DNA from: a virus
DNA: 64,000 bases
Virus record (IMG/VR): IMGVR_UViG_3300025626_000006
Location: 32,001 to 96,000 of that record
Direction: 5' to 3' (one strand)
The notes below the pieces were generated by a model, which did not search any database, was not told where the DNA came from, and was given only the letters and a program-made list of their open reading frames with translations. The first letter of the stretch is position 1; every line of letters starts with the position of its first letter. Shown in pieces: positions 61,113 to 64,000 of this stretch. The translations under genes and the position numbers were made by a program.

Positions 61113-61325
61113 TGAGTTCTCCTTATCTAATTATTTTAAGGTTTTTTACACCATCACAATCTAAACAAAACTCTGTATCTATTCGTCCCCTTACACAAGA
61201 ATCATGTTCCCACAACTCAACTGTATTTGTCGAACCACACTCACACTTTGAGCCAGTACATTTCTTATGAAGATACTTTTTTAACTTTGGGTTACTAACC
61301 CACTCTTCTTTTAAATATATCATAA

Positions 61326-61682
61326 TTATATTTTAAGGTCAGAAAACCCACTATTTTTTTCAACTGAAATACCAACAGCTCTTTTTTCATTAGGATTTTT
61401 GTCTGATTTATTGTTTATTAGGATTCTCTCAGCTCTACCGATACCCATCACCAATTGGTGAAATGGAATTCCTAAGATATCCATTTCTTGGATAGTAATA
61501 TCTCTTAAGGATTCGGGTCTAGCAGTAGTCAACACAATGTGATGACCTTCGTTGAACCAACCAACCATCTTATCAACAACGCCAGGTAGGGCTTTTGAAA
61601 GATTAGGGTCGAGGTTTTCGAATTGCACTTGGTGGACTAAAGTCCCATCGATGTCTGTGAAAATTGTTTTCTGTTTTATCAT
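61326..61682 (-). CDS. HAD-superfamily phosphatase
   Basis: FTDIDGTL, LTTAR. Confidence 0.75.
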   Translation of the reverse strand: MIKQKTIFTDIDGTLVHQVQFENLDPNLSKALPGVVDKMVGWFNEGHHIVLTTARPESLRDITIQEMDILGIPFHQLVMGIGRAERILINNKSDKNPNEKRAVGISVEKNSGFSDLKI

Positions 61683-61763
61683 AGATTAATTAAAGGGTTA
61701 AACACTCACTCATTATTACAGTACTAATATACGAATTTTTATTGAATTTACCAAATTTTAATG

Positions 61764-62456
61764 TTAAGAAATTGTTAAATTTTTGTTAAAGTTTTGAGTA
61801 TGGAATCCTACAAAGTTAGGAAGTTCATGCTCTGGATTACGATGGTAATCTCCAATATTTTTAGTAGAATATACACAAGCATATAATCGTCTTGGTTTAT
61901 TTGACGTATTTTCAGAAGACCTGTGTAATGTATTACCTTCAATAGCTACTATGTCACCAGCTGAAGGATAAAGTTTTTCCCACTCTCCATTTGATGTGTT
62001 ACATAATTCTAATGTTCCTGACTCATCTGTAAAATCATCCAATATCCACGAAAAGTTAATTGTTTTATATATACCATTTCTTGACTCATGTAAATCAGGA
62101 CCATATTGGTTATCAAAATGTTCGTTAAATTGAAACTCTTCATTTGGTAATTTTACAACAACTTGGTCGTTAAATAAGAAAACATTAGGTGTATTTAGAT
62201 AATATGAAGACAAGTCATACATAAAATTATCAGTATAACATTTTAGTAGTCTTGAATTTAGACTACTCGCCATTTCAATACCACCCCACCATTGACCAGT
62301 ACCAGCATCATATCGTTGTAAACCAATCACACCTTTTTTTACCAAATGATTTTTCATATGTAAAGTTTCTACTTGTGATATTTTTAACAAATCAGCTGGT
62401 ATTACATTTTTTAAATGAATGTAACCTTGTGAATTAAATGTTTCTAAGTTTTTCAA
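61764..62456 (-). CDS. PhyH-family 2OG-Fe(II) dioxygenase
   Basis: QGYI, HFDN (HxD), WILDD..ESGTL, AGD, LHRS..N.S..PRR. Confidence 0.8.
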   Translation of the reverse strand: MKNLETFNSQGYIHLKNVIPADLLKISQVETLHMKNHLVKKGVIGLQRYDAGTGQWWGGIEMASSLNSRLLKCYTDNFMYDLSSYYLNTPNVFLFNDQVVVKLPNEEFQFNEHFDNQYGPDLHESRNGIYKTINFSWILDDFTDESGTLELCNTSNGEWEKLYPSAGDIVAIEGNTLHRSSENTSNKPRRLYACVYSTKNIGDYHRNPEHELPNFVGFHTQNFNKNLTIS

Positions 62457-63088
62457 TATACTTGTTCTTGACGATTATCAACCCAACTAAATAATCTAGA
62501 GTCTTCTACATCATGAAGTACTACACACTTTTCATCCAATGGGTCATCATTGTAAAAGTATCTATGACCAAACAAAGCAATATCTGTACCCATCTCTGAA
62601 ATCATGATATCACTAAATACTTTACACCCATTAGCCCAATTTATGTTATCATATGTACTTAATGCTAAATCTACTGCTCTCGAATCACGAGCACTTCCAT
62701 AAACTGTACAATCTATTAATGTATTGTTACTTTGACTTGGTTTTAGTCCTGAAAAGAATGTGTGTTCTGGATGTAACTCTTTTAGAATCATATCAAATGG
62801 TCTAATCGGTTTAGCGTCTACATCACAATAAACACCACCATAGTCTCTAAGTAAAAGTAATCTTACCCTGTCACAAATAAAAGCCCATTTGAATAATTCA
62901 GGGTCTTTAAGGTAGTTTTGTAAAAATGGGTCGTCTTTGTAAAGGTCAAATACCTCATTACCCCAAAGTTTAACATCCCAATATGGATGTAACTTTTTCA
63001 TCAAGTCTACATATTCTTGACAATGTTCTGGAATAGGGTTATCACCTACCCATAGTTGGTGAATGATTTTGGGAATTTTAGTATTCAT
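62453..63088 (-). CDS. Glycosyltransferase family 32 (DXD, OCH1-like)
   Basis: IPKIIHQLW, DRVRLLLL..YGGVYCDVD. Confidence 0.85.
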   Translation of the reverse strand: MNTKIPKIIHQLWVGDNPIPEHCQEYVDLMKKLHPYWDVKLWGNEVFDLYKDDPFLQNYLKDPELFKWAFICDRVRLLLLRDYGGVYCDVDAKPIRPFDMILKELHPEHTFFSGLKPSQSNNTLIDCTVYGSARDSRAVDLALSTYDNINWANGCKVFSDIMISEMGTDIALFGHRYFYNDDPLDEKCVVLHDVEDSRLFSWVDNRQEQVY

Positions 63089-63134
63089 ATATAACTGTGT
63101 TTGTATTCTACTATAAGTATTAAAAATAAATTAA

Positions 63135-63350
63135 TCAAATTGATAGGTGACTTAATTTTTCATGAAGACGTTTCATATGTTTACAAGGTGAGTGTCTATT
63201 GAACTCCCTTGCTTTACATTCACACTCTGATATCCTATAATCGGTAACAGTTACATCATAATACGATAGTTTTCCGGTCTTTTTATTCCTACTACCCATT
63301 TCTCTATACTGCCATTTACTACCCTTTGGCATTGTAAATATACTATTCAT
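63135..63350 (-). CDS. SWIM zinc-finger protein
   Basis: YDVTV...CECKA....PCKH. Confidence 0.65.
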   Translation of the reverse strand: MNSIFTMPKGSKWQYREMGSRNKKTGKLSYYDVTVTDYRISECECKAREFNRHSPCKHMKRLHEKLSHLSI

Positions 63351-63639
63351 TTTCGTTATTAATTAGTTCATACAATTTTTCAGTACTTAAAACTGATGGT
63401 TCACTCCATTTAAGTTCATGGTCACGATACTCAAACTTCTCAGCAATAGTTGATTGAGCCTCAACCATTTTTGTTAGATGTTTTACTAAATCATTAGAAT
63501 ACAACAACACATCCGAATTGACTTCGATTTCGAACTCATGACCACCTTTCGGTTTCCAATGTGGAACTTCACCGAACCCCTCGGGCCCAACGTTATAGTT
63601 TTCGAAATACTGACAACCTACGATTAATTTACAATCCAT
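63343..63639 (-). CDS. Hypothetical phage protein
   Basis: QYFENY...HWKPKGG. Confidence 0.55.
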   Translation of the reverse strand: MDCKLIVGCQYFENYNVGPEGFGEVPHWKPKGGHEFEIEVNSDVLLYSNDLVKHLTKMVEAQSTIAEKFEYRDHELKWSEPSVLSTEKLYELINNENE

Positions 63640-63644
63640 AATTT

Positions 63645-63842
63645 TTATTTTAATCCAATTATTAATTTTTTATAGTCTACTGATATTAGTCCAAGGACAC
63701 CAAGTACTAAACCTAATACACAAAATGCCATTTCATTTAGAACATCAGAGAAGTGGATATATTGTTGGATAGTTCCACTCATAGTTAAGTATCCTAATCC
63801 AAATCCTAATATTGTCAAGATGATTGATTGATAATTTTTCAT
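63645..63842 (-). CDS. Small membrane protein
   Basis: Two hydrophobic helices. Confidence 0.5.
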   Translation of the reverse strand: MKNYQSIILTILGFGLGYLTMSGTIQQYIHFSDVLNEMAFCVLGLVLGVLGLISVDYKKLIIGLK

Positions 63843-64000
63843 AATTTATATCTTAAAGGTTTAATGATAATTTAACGTTATTGAATTCTTTATCGGTCAT
63901 ATACGTTTTGTTCATACTTAACCAACCACCAGCTTTCTTAACCATACTCATATAATGTTCATAGTTTGGATTTTCAGAAGTCATACTTTTGAAGTTATTA

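Overview
This 64-kb window is AT-rich, densely coding and essentially all on the minus strand. It reads as part of a large myovirus-like (jumbo-type) phage, probably infecting a Bacteroidota (Flavobacteria-like) host. Host evidence: about 16 TTTG-N20-TAnnTTAG promoters, A-rich ribosome-binding regions without Shine-Dalgarno motifs, a DUF4494 gene and Flavobacteria-type lipoproteins. Left part (1-29 kb): a giant repetitive tail-fibre ORF that the ORF track missed (<1..8178), a fused SbcD-SbcC (Mre11-Rad50), primase, a T7 endonuclease I-like resolvase, baseplate and tail genes (gp6-, gp25-, gp5- and P2 gpI/gpH-like) and a gp55-like sigma factor. Right part (29-64 kb): early and accessory genes (ClpP, UvsE, Hsp20, MoxR/VWA pair, ThyA, MgsA, GroEL/GroES/J-domain, glycosyltransferases, CysC-like kinase, PvuII-like nuclease), a tRNA cluster, and a roughly 1.5-kb mostly non-coding control region. 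The most striking observations are: (1) two tandem, covarying, non-canonical tRNA-Gly(UCC)-like RNAs with their own promoter, which look aminoacylatable but non-ribosomal; (2) two further candidate structured ncRNAs; (3) Pho-box-like TTAACA-N5-TTAACA repeats in fixed register on 8 early promoters; (4) enrichment of an [ST]-[GAS]-S tripeptide in virion proteins alongside glycan-modifying enzymes; (5) an unannotated ArfA-like peptide; (6) near-absence of GATC together with an orphan PvuII-like nuclease. All calls come from reading motifs by eye; no database searches were run.
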